Positions 9,821 through 18,428 of a DNA stretch of 64,000 nt are shown here, in pieces. The notes below the pieces were generated by a model. The model was not told where the DNA came from. It worked only from the letters and a program-made list of their open reading frames with translations, and made no database searches. Location: contig VFKC01000042.1 of NCBI GenBank assembly GCA_009885745.1, forward strand, positions 11,555 through 75,554, given 5' to 3'. The stretch comes from Actinomycetota bacterium. Its GTDB lineage: Bacteria; Actinomycetota; Actinomycetes; S36-B12; UBA5976. Position 1 is the first letter of the stretch, and every line of letters starts with the position of its first letter. A program made the translations under genes and the position numbers.

Positions 9821-10333
9821 TTAGTTGAGATAGATTCGATCCAACATCATCACCTTGTCCCAAGCAGCGACAAAATCCTTGACGAATTTCTCGCTTGCAT
9901 CAGCACTGGCATAAACCTCGGCCACTGCACACAACTGTGAGTTTGAACCAAAAACCAAATCAACTCTACTTCCAAGCCACTTCACTGTTGATGATGAATG
10001 CGGACGTCCTTCCAACATCTCAGCACCTGTTGATTTTGGTTCCCAATCGATGTTCATGTATAGCAAATTAACAAAAAGTCATTGGTCAAGCCCTCAACTT
10101 GTTCGGTCAAGACACCAACCTGTGAATTGCCGGTATTTGCACCAAGTACGCGTAGCCCATCGACAAGGACTGTAATTCCCGGAGCAGTCCGAGTCAATAA
10201 GTACGCACTTTCGATTAGCAGGAATTCTGCTGCAAGACTTTTAGATTCAGCTGATTAGGCCACTATCTTGATTGTCCTTGCGCACGTTTACTTGTTTTGC
10301 ACTTGGATATGGGCATTTACTTTCGCTGTCCAT
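9821..10333 (-). pseudogene. katG: catalase-peroxidase KatG relic: about 40 N-terminal codons fused to about 145 C-terminal codons, with at least two frameshifts
   Basis: Minus-strand translation from ATG 10333 (AAGGAG SD 7 nt upstream) gives MDSESKCPYPSAKQVNVRKDNQD. After a frame slip it gives [14 protein letters not shown]. It then continues as [52 protein letters not shown]. After another slip it reads [12 protein letters not shown]...[48 protein letters not shown]. Confidence 0.85.
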
Positions 10334-10345
10334 GACGACTCCTTA

Positions 10346-10394
10346 TTTACACGATAGATATTGACACGATATATAACTTGACAAGATAGATAAC
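10346..10394. repeat. three tandem direct repeats of a 17-bp unit TTGACA(C/A)GATA(T/G)ATAAC (first copy 15 bp)
   Basis: tttacacgatagata / ttgacacgatatataac / ttgacaagatagataac, read directly. They lie 13-61 bp upstream of the katG-relic start codon. Confidence 0.8.
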
Positions 10395-10545
10395 TTTAAA
10401 ATCTACTCAAGAGACATTTAAAAAATTTGCAGAATCTTTATCTTTCTGTCCTGTAAGTTCAGGCTAACTAAGTAAAACATTTCTGTCTGAGACTAGGCAG
10501 CTCTTTTTGACCGATACAAATCATTATCCAAAAATCTGTCTCGCC

Positions 10546-12006
10546 TTAGTCCACCACAACACGAAGAGTGCTTAAGTCTTCACTCGATCCACCTCGCAAA
10601 TGTCCAAATGGAGCCTGCGCTGTGGCTTGAAGAAAATCTATTGTCTCTTTGGTTATTAATTCTCCAGGCAAAAGGTTTGGGATACCTGGCGGATACGCGG
10701 CAACACTATCGCCGGAGGTGCGACCTACCGCCAGCGAAGCTGGAACAATCTCGGTTTTTGCAAAATAGGCGTTGCGAACGGTCATGACCATTGGTCCTGG
10801 AGTTGGTAAATCAAAAACTGCTGGCACATCCGCTGGAGCATGTGGCAATTCGTGTAAAGCGCGCAAAATGCGGTCGGTGTCCGGATCAACTCCAGCACCA
10901 ACCAGCAACAGAAGCGCCGAACCAGTCGCTAGTTCACAATGGATCTTGTCCTTTTTGAATAAAATGGACCTTGCTTCATACCCCGAAATTCCACCTACTT
11001 GGGTATTTATTGATATCCGCACTGGATCTATCGCGACAACGTCTGAATAGGCCATTATGTCTTGAGCCATGTCGGCGAAACGATCTACAGCTTTAATGCC
11101 CGCGGAAATACGCGATACCGCATCAATGGTTTTGCCAATCAAACTGTGTCCTTGGGTCGCCATAGTTGATCTGGCTATGTCCAAGGAAGCAAGTAGCAGC
11201 GAATTAACACTTGTTGATTGCAATGAACGAAATGCTCGTTCAAGTAAAGGTTCCAATAAATCCGCGAATGGTCCATTGCTCAAATGCAGCATTGCAGATT
11301 GACTCAAACTTCCAGAAAGTTTGTGCGTGCTACTGATTACTATATCTGCACCAAGTCGATTGGCATTTGTAGGCAAGTCAGGATGAAAACCAAAATGCGC
11401 ACCCCATGCTTCATCAACAACTAGTGGAATGCCATGCGCGTGCGCAACTCTTGCTAGTCCGGCAACATCTGCAACTGCGCCAAAGTAACTAGGGGTAATA
11501 ACATAAGCCGCGCAGGCAGAGGGATTGACTGCTAAAACGGTTTCTAATCCATCTGGAGTGATTCCGTTGGCGATTCCTAGGTGCTTATCAACTGAGGGAA
11601 AAACAAAATCTGCGCTCAGCCCGCTGAAAGCCAAACCATCAATTACCGAGGAGTGAACGCTTCGCTGCAAAACTATGTGATCGCCGATAGCGCGAAGAGC
11701 CAGGCACGCCATCATGTTGCCCATAGATGCCCCATTGGTTAAAAACCAAGTTCGTTTTGCACCCCAAGCAAGTGCGGCAAGTTGTTCAGATTCAGTTAGC
11801 GCAGTTGGATGGGTACCGATATCAATGCCCTCAATTAGCGTCTGGACATCGTGCCGAAGAGCATCTATTCCGAAGAAATCAACTAGTTGCGGGTGAGATC
11901 GAGCACTTACTTGATGTCCTGGTACGCCAAGTCGCAGAAACTCCTTGGCCGCATAGGCTTTCACGGCGTCTGCGTAAGGAGTTCGACTTTGATCCATGTT
12001 TTTCAA
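10546..12006 (-). CDS. PLP-dependent Orn/Lys/Arg decarboxylase (fold-type I, B. subtilis SpeA-like)
   Basis: 486 aa. PLP-lysine motif SSTHKLSGSLSQSAML, N-terminal LGVPGHQ and VVDEAWGAHF. Substrate not assignable from sequence alone. Confidence 0.8.
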   Translation of the reverse strand: MKNMDQSRTPYADAVKAYAAKEFLRLGVPGHQVSARSHPQLVDFFGIDALRHDVQTLIEGIDIGTHPTALTESEQLAALAWGAKRTWFLTNGASMGNMMACLALRAIGDHIVLQRSVHSSVIDGLAFSGLSADFVFPSVDKHLGIANGITPDGLETVLAVNPSACAAYVITPSYFGAVADVAGLARVAHAHGIPLVVDEAWGAHFGFHPDLPTNANRLGADIVISSTHKLSGSLSQSAMLHLSNGPFADLLEPLLERAFRSLQSTSVNSLLLASLDIARSTMATQGHSLIGKTIDAVSRISAGIKAVDRFADMAQDIMAYSDVVAIDPVRISINTQVGGISGYEARSILFKKDKIHCELATGSALLLLVGAGVDPDTDRILRALHELPHAPADVPAVFDLPTPGPMVMTVRNAYFAKTEIVPASLAVGRTSGDSVAAYPPGIPNLLPGELITKETIDFLQATAQAPFGHLRGGSSEDLSTLRVVVD

Positions 12007-12045
12007 GATAACACTTCAGCGCAACACTCGGGGCTCGAAATAATA

Positions 12046-12075
12046 TTGCCAGATTGGCATAAACCCCGCGATAAT
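12046..12075 (+). promoter_or_regulatory. candidate sigma-70-type promoter TTGCCA-N18-GATAAT upstream of the giant gene
   Basis: Hexamers read directly. The -10 sits in the loop of an AAACCC/GGGTTT hairpin (12061-12082). No experimental support. Confidence 0.25.
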
Positions 12076-12143
12076 AGGGTTTAAGGTCCTGCAATCAGTT
12101 AGTCCACGCCAGTTTTTGTGTGAGTCAAAACAAAGGAAATATC

Positions 12144-15100
12144 ATGCAGATTTCACCCAAAGCCACTATCAGCACACTTTTAACTATTCTTTTGTTGATT
12201 TCAGGAGTTGCTATCCCAAACAGCGCCACAGCAAAGACAAATGTTGCCGATAGGGACCTAGCCGCAGAAGTAACAAGTGACGCGATTGTTACAGCGATTA
12301 CTCCAGAAGCTGGAAGTGGAATTGACAATATTTATATCAGTTGGGAATCTGAAGGTACTGACCCAATTTTTTCCGAAGAAGATCCGGATAGCGATCCTCT
12401 TCCATCTGCATATTTTGTCGTGACCGTTGAAGGTGGCGGCTTTGCCAAGTGTGATAGCTCGCTTCCAAATGTCGGTACACATGAAATGGCATTTGACGAG
12501 ACAGGTGACGTTACTTGTCGTGTTGGTGGCCTAGAACTTGATCGAACTGTCGCAATTACGGTGACACCTTTTATCGCTGCTCAAAATGAAGATGAAGTTG
12601 ATGCGATGGGGACATCATTTACGACGGAGTACACAGCCATAGAAGAACCTAATGCCCCAGCAGTCACTGCAACAGTTAGCTCCGCGCGAGAAAGAATCAC
12701 AATTAACTGGACCGCTGGCGCGAATTCTGATGCGGTGAACGGTTGGCGAGTAGATACAGGCGATTTAACCGTAGACGGGGCAGGCACTTGCACATTTTGG
12801 GATGAGAGTTTTGACGACGATACCCAAGAAACGATGTATACCGATACTGGCGAATCATTAGATCTAAACGAAAGTTCATGCTATATCCCGAATGATAACT
12901 ATGATTCTGAAGCGGCTTACGCAATTGTTGTAACACCCATTTACGGTGATTCATTTTTAGCCGGTCCCTTTGGAGCGACATTTATTGGCGCAAAAGCCTC
13001 GGCAACTCCGGGCTTTATCACTGATTTCAGTGTGGCTACCTCTGGCGCAAAAGCAGCAAAAGTTTCGTGGAAAATTCTGGGAATGGCTGGGGCACCCGCA
13101 CTTACCTCTCAAACTGTCAGTGCATTTGACCCGGAAGATACCAGCGATGAGCCTCAAGTATTGGATAAGTGTCTTTTACTTAAAACAACGGATCGTACCT
13201 GCACGCTTACCAAACTCGTTGCGGGCAAGAACTACTTAGTAATCGTGACTGCTGAGAACGAAAATGGGCCAATTGACAACACCGCTTATCCATGGAGTTT
13301 TTACACTCATCCGGTTCCGCCTGACGCACCAAAAGATTTTACCGCAACTGATTACGGAACTGAACTGGTATTCGATTGGAATCCAGGTTGGAATGGTGGC
13401 TCAGCCCTAACTAAATACACTTTGACCGAAGTTGGATCCAACACTCCTGTTTGTGGAACTATTCCTGGCACAGCCATATCTTGTGTGTTCAAGGGAACTA
13501 GTCTGACCAAATCCGAGTACAACTTTGAGTTGATTGCAACAAATGGGTCAAGCTTTAGCGAGCCAGTTACCACCGAGTTTTTCCCGGTATTTCCTGAAGC
13601 AGTATCTAACATTGCTGTTTCGATTACAGGCAAGACCACTGCGGATGTTGTGTGGACTTCAGCATTAGATGCAGCTTCGTATGAAGTGACAGTTAACGGC
13701 AAGGTCGTCGTATGTCCAGAGATTGAAGAGCCGGAGATTGAAGATGAGAGCCAACAAATAGATCCAGATCTTGAACCAGTTGAAGAGCCAATCTCAGACC
13801 AAAACATCTGCACTATTTCAGATTTAGTTTCCAAAAGGACCTACACAATTGGCGTGCAGTCTGTTCGCTGGAATGCCGAATCTGCGATTACCACGACTTC
13901 ATACGTTCACCCATCGGGTCCAACAGTTGGGGTTAGTGTTTATGAAATTGGCGCGAATGGTCGATCCGCAATACTCGAGACAATCGTTGTCAACGAAAAC
14001 AATAATCTTGCGACCTCTTACGTAATCACAACTCAAAATCTGGCCGATGATTCAGTTGTGGACACTCGGGATTGCCCAGAAACACTTTGTGTAATTGAGG
14101 GGCTTTTACCTGGTAACAAGTACAAGTTCTCCGTGGTTGCATCCAACATAGCTGGCTCTTCAACACCGCAGTCCGTCATCGCTACTATGCCAAGCGTGCC
14201 ATCATTTCCCGAAGCCGTTGAAGTACAGGCCACTGCCCCGAACACTGCTGAGGTAACTTGGGGCAAAGTGAAACGCGCTAATTCTTACCTAATTTCTGTG
14301 ACGAACAATGGGCAGACCCAAACTTTCAACACTCAGGAAAATTCAATCAGCATTGATGTGGAAAGCGCACAGACTTACTCAATTTCTGTCGCGGCGATTA
14401 ACGCCGTTGGTCAAGGTCCAGAATCAGCAACAATTAATTACACGCATCCACTTGCACCAGTTGCACCCACTGCAATCCGAGCATTTAGCGAGTCGCTTAC
14501 CTCGGCACTCGTAACTTGGACTGCGAGCAATTCAAAAAATGGTGGACCAGTTGATAGTTACTTGGTTCAGGCCTACTTTAATGGCGAGCTGGTTTCTAGT
14601 TGCCAACCAACAAAAGCGACAATATGTTTACTTCCCGGACTTGAGAGCCAAATCTATGACATTCGGGTTACCGCACAGAATGTCATCGGTACCAGCCCTA
14701 CAGCAAATTATTCATATCAGGCTCCTACTGCCCCTAGTGCGCCAATAGTGTCAGCCGAGGCTTTGAAAAATGATATGTGGAAATCAGCCAAGATTGCCTG
14801 GCGCGTCACTGAAACAGGTGGGCTGCCAATCAAATCGATAACTATCAGTGCCAAAAGCGGCCAAGAGAATGTCAGCATCTCAGGCTCTTGTAGCACTCTG
14901 GCTGTAATGGCATCCGATTGTGTTTTAACGGGTCTAACCGCCGGCAAGGAATATCAGGTAAGTGTGACTATCGCTAATAGCGCCGGCCGGACAACGTCGG
15001 AGACTTCGGTCAAAATCCCGGACACTCCAGCGCCAGTAACCAACATATTGGCAACTCAAACAGATGCAGACAGCGCAAACATCGTGTGGACAAAGTCTCA

Positions 15101-18100
15101 AAATGCTGAATCTTATTCGGTGAAGGTATTGGACATCGATGGTAAGGCAGTGAACTGCATCGGTGGAAATATCACCTACCAACCAACTTGTTTGCTGGAT
15201 GGACTTAACGGCGGTGAGGCGCATTCAATTTCAGTGATTGCTAACTCAAAGGGCATCGGCCAGAGCATTGAGGCGTTTTCTTCATACACTCAGCCAGTTA
15301 TTGTAAACCAATATCAGATTTCCGCCGAGGTCAATCCGGTTAATACCTCAATCCTCAATCTATATTTCACAGCCTTAGACTCAAGCGGTTCAAGTGTTCT
15401 TCCTAAGCCCAATGTGTTCGTGTATAAGATCGACGGAAGCACTAAGGAGCTCATTTGCACAACAACTTCCCTTGGTACCACATGTGAAATGCAGAACCCT
15501 CTCTCACCTGGTGACATTGTTGGAGGAACTTATACCATTGCCGCAAGAGGCATAAAGGCCAATGTTCAAAAAATCCGTGCTATCCGATCGGTAGTAGAGC
15601 CTCCAGCGGAAGATTCTGGTTCATTCAATATTTTGATTCCACTTCCAGCCACCGAGGTTACAAATCTAGATGTGGTTTCACTTTCTCCAACTTCAGCTCT
15701 GGCTTCTTGGGATTCAATTGAAGATACAAGTGTGACTTATGACGTCACAGTTGATGGAAACCTAGTTTGCGAAGACATCACCGAGGCAGAGTGTGAAATC
15801 GCTAACGAACCTGGTGCCCAGTCAGTGATAGTTTCAGTTACAGCGAAGAATCTAACGGGCGAATCAAGCCCCGTCACATTTGATTACGCTGCGCCAGAAA
15901 TGCCAAAGGAACCAACGGACATTGTTTTCGAGACTAATAGCTCGGGATCCATGTTGACCACTTGGTCCGATGAAGCAAATAGTGTCGCTACTACTTACTC
16001 CGTCAAGCTCGATGGTGAAATAATCAGTGAGTGCATCGACCTCGTAAATCCAGTCTGTCTTGTTTCCAATCTTGTGCCAGGTGGCCAGTACCAAATCACA
16101 GTAATCGCTAAGAATATTCTTGGATCCGCCGAAGCCAGCGCCGCACTGGTACAGCCGCTACCCGCAACTGCCCCAATCGTGCAAGCGGAGGTATCTGAAG
16201 ATGGAACTTCTATTCATTTCAGTTGGCTAATTCCTGATACTGGTGGGGCAAAACCTACTGATATCGAGATTCGACTTAACCCCAGCCAAGGAACAACCGG
16301 ATGTTCTGAAATTGACGTGGAAGCAAGTTCCTGCGATCTTGAGGGACTTGTTGCCGGCGTGAACTACACATTTGCTGTTCGCTTGGTCACCGAAGTTGGT
16401 GCAGGTTCATTTGGGTTTGCTTCTGCATCAGCTGGAGAATTACTGGAGTCTCCCGAGAATGTGTCTATTTCTCGGATTGGCGATAATCAGGCTTTCATTA
16501 CTTGGGACGGCTTAGAAAGTGCTGATAGTTACCAGGTTTATGTCAATGGGGAACTAAATGATGTTTGTTCAACTTCAGAAACAAGTTGCACAATTGACAT
16601 CGATGCCACCGAGCCTCTAACAGTAATGGTCTCAGGTGTGAATAGATTCAGTACCAGCGGACTAGCAAAATCTGCCTTAGCGGGGCGCACAGTCATTGGA
16701 CCCAAGCGGGTGGTAGCAGTTTCGAGTGCTGATGGTCGTTCCGTGCTCTTAAGTTGGAAAGCAGACCTAACGACAGCGTCCCAAGAAGTTGAATACGCAG
16801 CTGCAACAGGCATTGCTGGGTGTAGCGATTTAGCGGCATCAACTAGTTCATGCACAATTACTGGCTTAACCCCCGGCACTTCATACTCATTCGTGCTTCG
16901 CACTTATGATGCGGATTCTGTGCTTAATGAATCCGAAGTTATTGCCAACACAAAGGTGCTTCCAACACCTAAGGCTGCTTCGGGATTGGCTGTCGCACTG
17001 GTTAAGAAAGTTGCGACACTAACTTGGGTTTCTTCAGTTGCTCAGATTACAAACAAGGCAGCGCTACCAACATATAGCGTGACACTAAATGGCAAGGCTG
17101 TTAAGTGCAAGATTGAGGCAGCAACGCCATCATGTGCTCTCGGCAAACTTGCGGGCACAGCCAAATATTCGGCAAAGGTCACGGCCAAACTCGGCACAAA
17201 ATCTGCTGTATCGAAAGAGTTCAAGTTCACCGCAAAGTCCGTTGCTAAGGTCGGATTCTTAACTTCGAAGCTGACTACAAGTGGCGCAACTCTTACTTGG
17301 CAGGACCTTCCAAAGATGAAGGCAAGTGCAATTACGGTGGCAGTTTCGCCAAAGGCAACTGGTTGCAAACCAGTGGTTGCCACTGCCAAGAATTGTGCCC
17401 TAACTGGATTGGTCCCTGGAACTTCATACACAGCCACAGTGACTATCAAACATAAGAAGGGTGCGGCAACGAAGATTGTCCGCAACTTTGTCGCTCCCCC
17501 AGCACTATCGGCACCTGCGGATCTTGATGTGCAACTAACCGGTGACAACCAAGCTCGTGTTTGGATCACTCCAGGCTTCGATTCAGTCGGAAGTAGCTAT
17601 GTGTGTTCAGCAACTAACAAAGCACTCACCATTACATTTGATGCGACAACTACCAGTTGCTTGATTTCTAACATCTATTCGGCAACTGTTGCTGATGTTT
17701 CAGTTTATGCAAAGAACGGTGCAAGCAAGAGTTCGCCAAGTTCCGTTACTTGGAAAGCTCCTACAGCGCCTAGAGCAGTTACTGATTTAGAAGCAAACAT
17801 TAAATCAGGATTTGTCACCGTGTCTTGGCTACCAAGCACTAGTGGCAACCAGAACATTACTGGCTACCGGATTACTTCAGCGAAATCTGCTTCGGTTGTT
17901 GTTGATGCAACTACCTTCAGCCGAAAGATTGCTGTTACTGGGGTAACTCCTGGATCTGATGTGACCTTCATCGTGGTGGCATTGAGTCAAGTTGGTGATG
18001 GTACCACTGCAAATGTGATTGCCACGGCACTTGCCCTACCATCCACTGTAGATTCAGACACTATTTTAGGTGACTGGACTAGTGCTTCTTCGGCCACAAT

Positions 18101-18338
18101 TTCTTGGCAGAGCGTTGAATCTAATGCTGACTATGAAGTAAGTATTTCAAGTACCGGTAGTAGCACTACGAAGGCTTGCGAGACTCATGCAACAGCATGT
18201 TTGCTAACCGAGTTGTCGAAGAATAAGGACTATACGATCACAGTGACCGCAATCAATGCAGCGGGATCCACTACTAGTGCCACAGTCATCTGGCATCAAG
18301 GTGCCTCCAATGATGATTCAGAGCTAACGGCTCCATAG
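12144..18338 (+). CDS. giant secreted/surface protein of about 21 tandem fibronectin-type-III-like repeats
   Basis: 6.2-kb ORF. ATG 12144 has an AAAGGA SD and a Sec-type signal (MQISPKATISTLLTILLLISGVAIPNSATA). Roughly 90-100-aa repeats each carry a W early and a Y-x-[IFV]-x-V-x-A-x-N-x-x-G-like tyrosine-corner motif late. The ORF-track start GTG 12120 is less likely. Confidence 0.85.
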   Translation: MQISPKATISTLLTILLLISGVAIPNSATAKTNVADRDLAAEVTSDAIVTAITPEAGSGIDNIYISWESEGTDPIFSEEDPDSDPLPSAYFVVTVEGGGFAKCDSSLPNVGTHEMAFDETGDVTCRVGGLELDRTVAITVTPFIAAQNEDEVDAMGTSFTTEYTAIEEPNAPAVTATVSSARERITINWTAGANSDAVNGWRVDTGDLTVDGAGTCTFWDESFDDDTQETMYTDTGESLDLNESSCYIPNDNYDSEAAYAIVVTPIYGDSFLAGPFGATFIGAKASATPGFITDFSVATSGAKAAKVSWKILGMAGAPALTSQTVSAFDPEDTSDEPQVLDKCLLLKTTDRTCTLTKLVAGKNYLVIVTAENENGPIDNTAYPWSFYTHPVPPDAPKDFTATDYGTELVFDWNPGWNGGSALTKYTLTEVGSNTPVCGTIPGTAISCVFKGTSLTKSEYNFELIATNGSSFSEPVTTEFFPVFPEAVSNIAVSITGKTTADVVWTSALDAASYEVTVNGKVVVCPEIEEPEIEDESQQIDPDLEPVEEPISDQNICTISDLVSKRTYTIGVQSVRWNAESAITTTSYVHPSGPTVGVSVYEIGANGRSAILETIVVNENNNLATSYVITTQNLADDSVVDTRDCPETLCVIEGLLPGNKYKFSVVASNIAGSSTPQSVIATMPSVPSFPEAVEVQATAPNTAEVTWGKVKRANSYLISVTNNGQTQTFNTQENSISIDVESAQTYSISVAAINAVGQGPESATINYTHPLAPVAPTAIRAFSESLTSALVTWTASNSKNGGPVDSYLVQAYFNGELVSSCQPTKATICLLPGLESQIYDIRVTAQNVIGTSPTANYSYQAPTAPSAPIVSAEALKNDMWKSAKIAWRVTETGGLPIKSITISAKSGQENVSISGSCSTLAVMASDCVLTGLTAGKEYQVSVTIANSAGRTTSETSVKIPDTPAPVTNILATQTDADSANIVWTKSQNAESYSVKVLDIDGKAVNCIGGNITYQPTCLLDGLNGGEAHSISVIANSKGIGQSIEAFSSYTQPVIVNQYQISAEVNPVNTSILNLYFTALDSSGSSVLPKPNVFVYKIDGSTKELICTTTSLGTTCEMQNPLSPGDIVGGTYTIAARGIKANVQKIRAIRSVVEPPAEDSGSFNILIPLPATEVTNLDVVSLSPTSALASWDSIEDTSVTYDVTVDGNLVCEDITEAECEIANEPGAQSVIVSVTAKNLTGESSPVTFDYAAPEMPKEPTDIVFETNSSGSMLTTWSDEANSVATTYSVKLDGEIISECIDLVNPVCLVSNLVPGGQYQITVIAKNILGSAEASAALVQPLPATAPIVQAEVSEDGTSIHFSWLIPDTGGAKPTDIEIRLNPSQGTTGCSEIDVEASSCDLEGLVAGVNYTFAVRLVTEVGAGSFGFASASAGELLESPENVSISRIGDNQAFITWDGLESADSYQVYVNGELNDVCSTSETSCTIDIDATEPLTVMVSGVNRFSTSGLAKSALAGRTVIGPKRVVAVSSADGRSVLLSWKADLTTASQEVEYAAATGIAGCSDLAASTSSCTITGLTPGTSYSFVLRTYDADSVLNESEVIANTKVLPTPKAASGLAVALVKKVATLTWVSSVAQITNKAALPTYSVTLNGKAVKCKIEAATPSCALGKLAGTAKYSAKVTAKLGTKSAVSKEFKFTAKSVAKVGFLTSKLTTSGATLTWQDLPKMKASAITVAVSPKATGCKPVVATAKNCALTGLVPGTSYTATVTIKHKKGAATKIVRNFVAPPALSAPADLDVQLTGDNQARVWITPGFDSVGSSYVCSATNKALTITFDATTTSCLISNIYSATVADVSVYAKNGASKSSPSSVTWKAPTAPRAVTDLEANIKSGFVTVSWLPSTSGNQNITGYRITSAKSASVVVDATTFSRKIAVTGVTPGSDVTFIVVALSQVGDGTTANVIATALALPSTVDSDTILGDWTSASSATISWQSVESNADYEVSISSTGSSTTKACETHATACLLTELSKNKDYTITVTAINAAGSTTSATVIWHQGASNDDSELTAP

Positions 18339-18355
18339 TCAGTGACTCAAAATAG

Positions 18356-18402
18356 ATGGTGGGTCTGAGGGAAATCCTTAGGCCCACCATTTTGATTTTT
18401 TT
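18356..18402. terminator. bidirectional rho-independent terminator between the giant gene (+) and the LuxR gene (-)
   Basis: 15-bp stem atggtgggtctgagg / ccttaggcccaccat (two G-U pairs), 5-nt loop, then TTTGATTTTTTT. There is an A-rich run on the other side. Confidence 0.85.
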
Positions 18403-18428
18403 CGCAAGCTTGGTCGCAGATTGTGGGG

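Noticed and set aside
10346-10394. Could the tandem repeats be a tiny CRISPR array or a replication iteron cluster?
   Set aside because: The copies are contiguous with no spacers, there are only three, and no cas or rep genes are present. A promoter or operator remnant is the simpler reading.
10455-10476. IdeR/DtxR-like iron box (…GTTCAGGCTAACTAAG…) in the katG upstream spacer.
   Set aside because: Only the central AGGCTAAC core matches the TTAGGTTAGGCTAACCTAA consensus (about 13 of 19 positions without gapping), and the dyad symmetry is poor.
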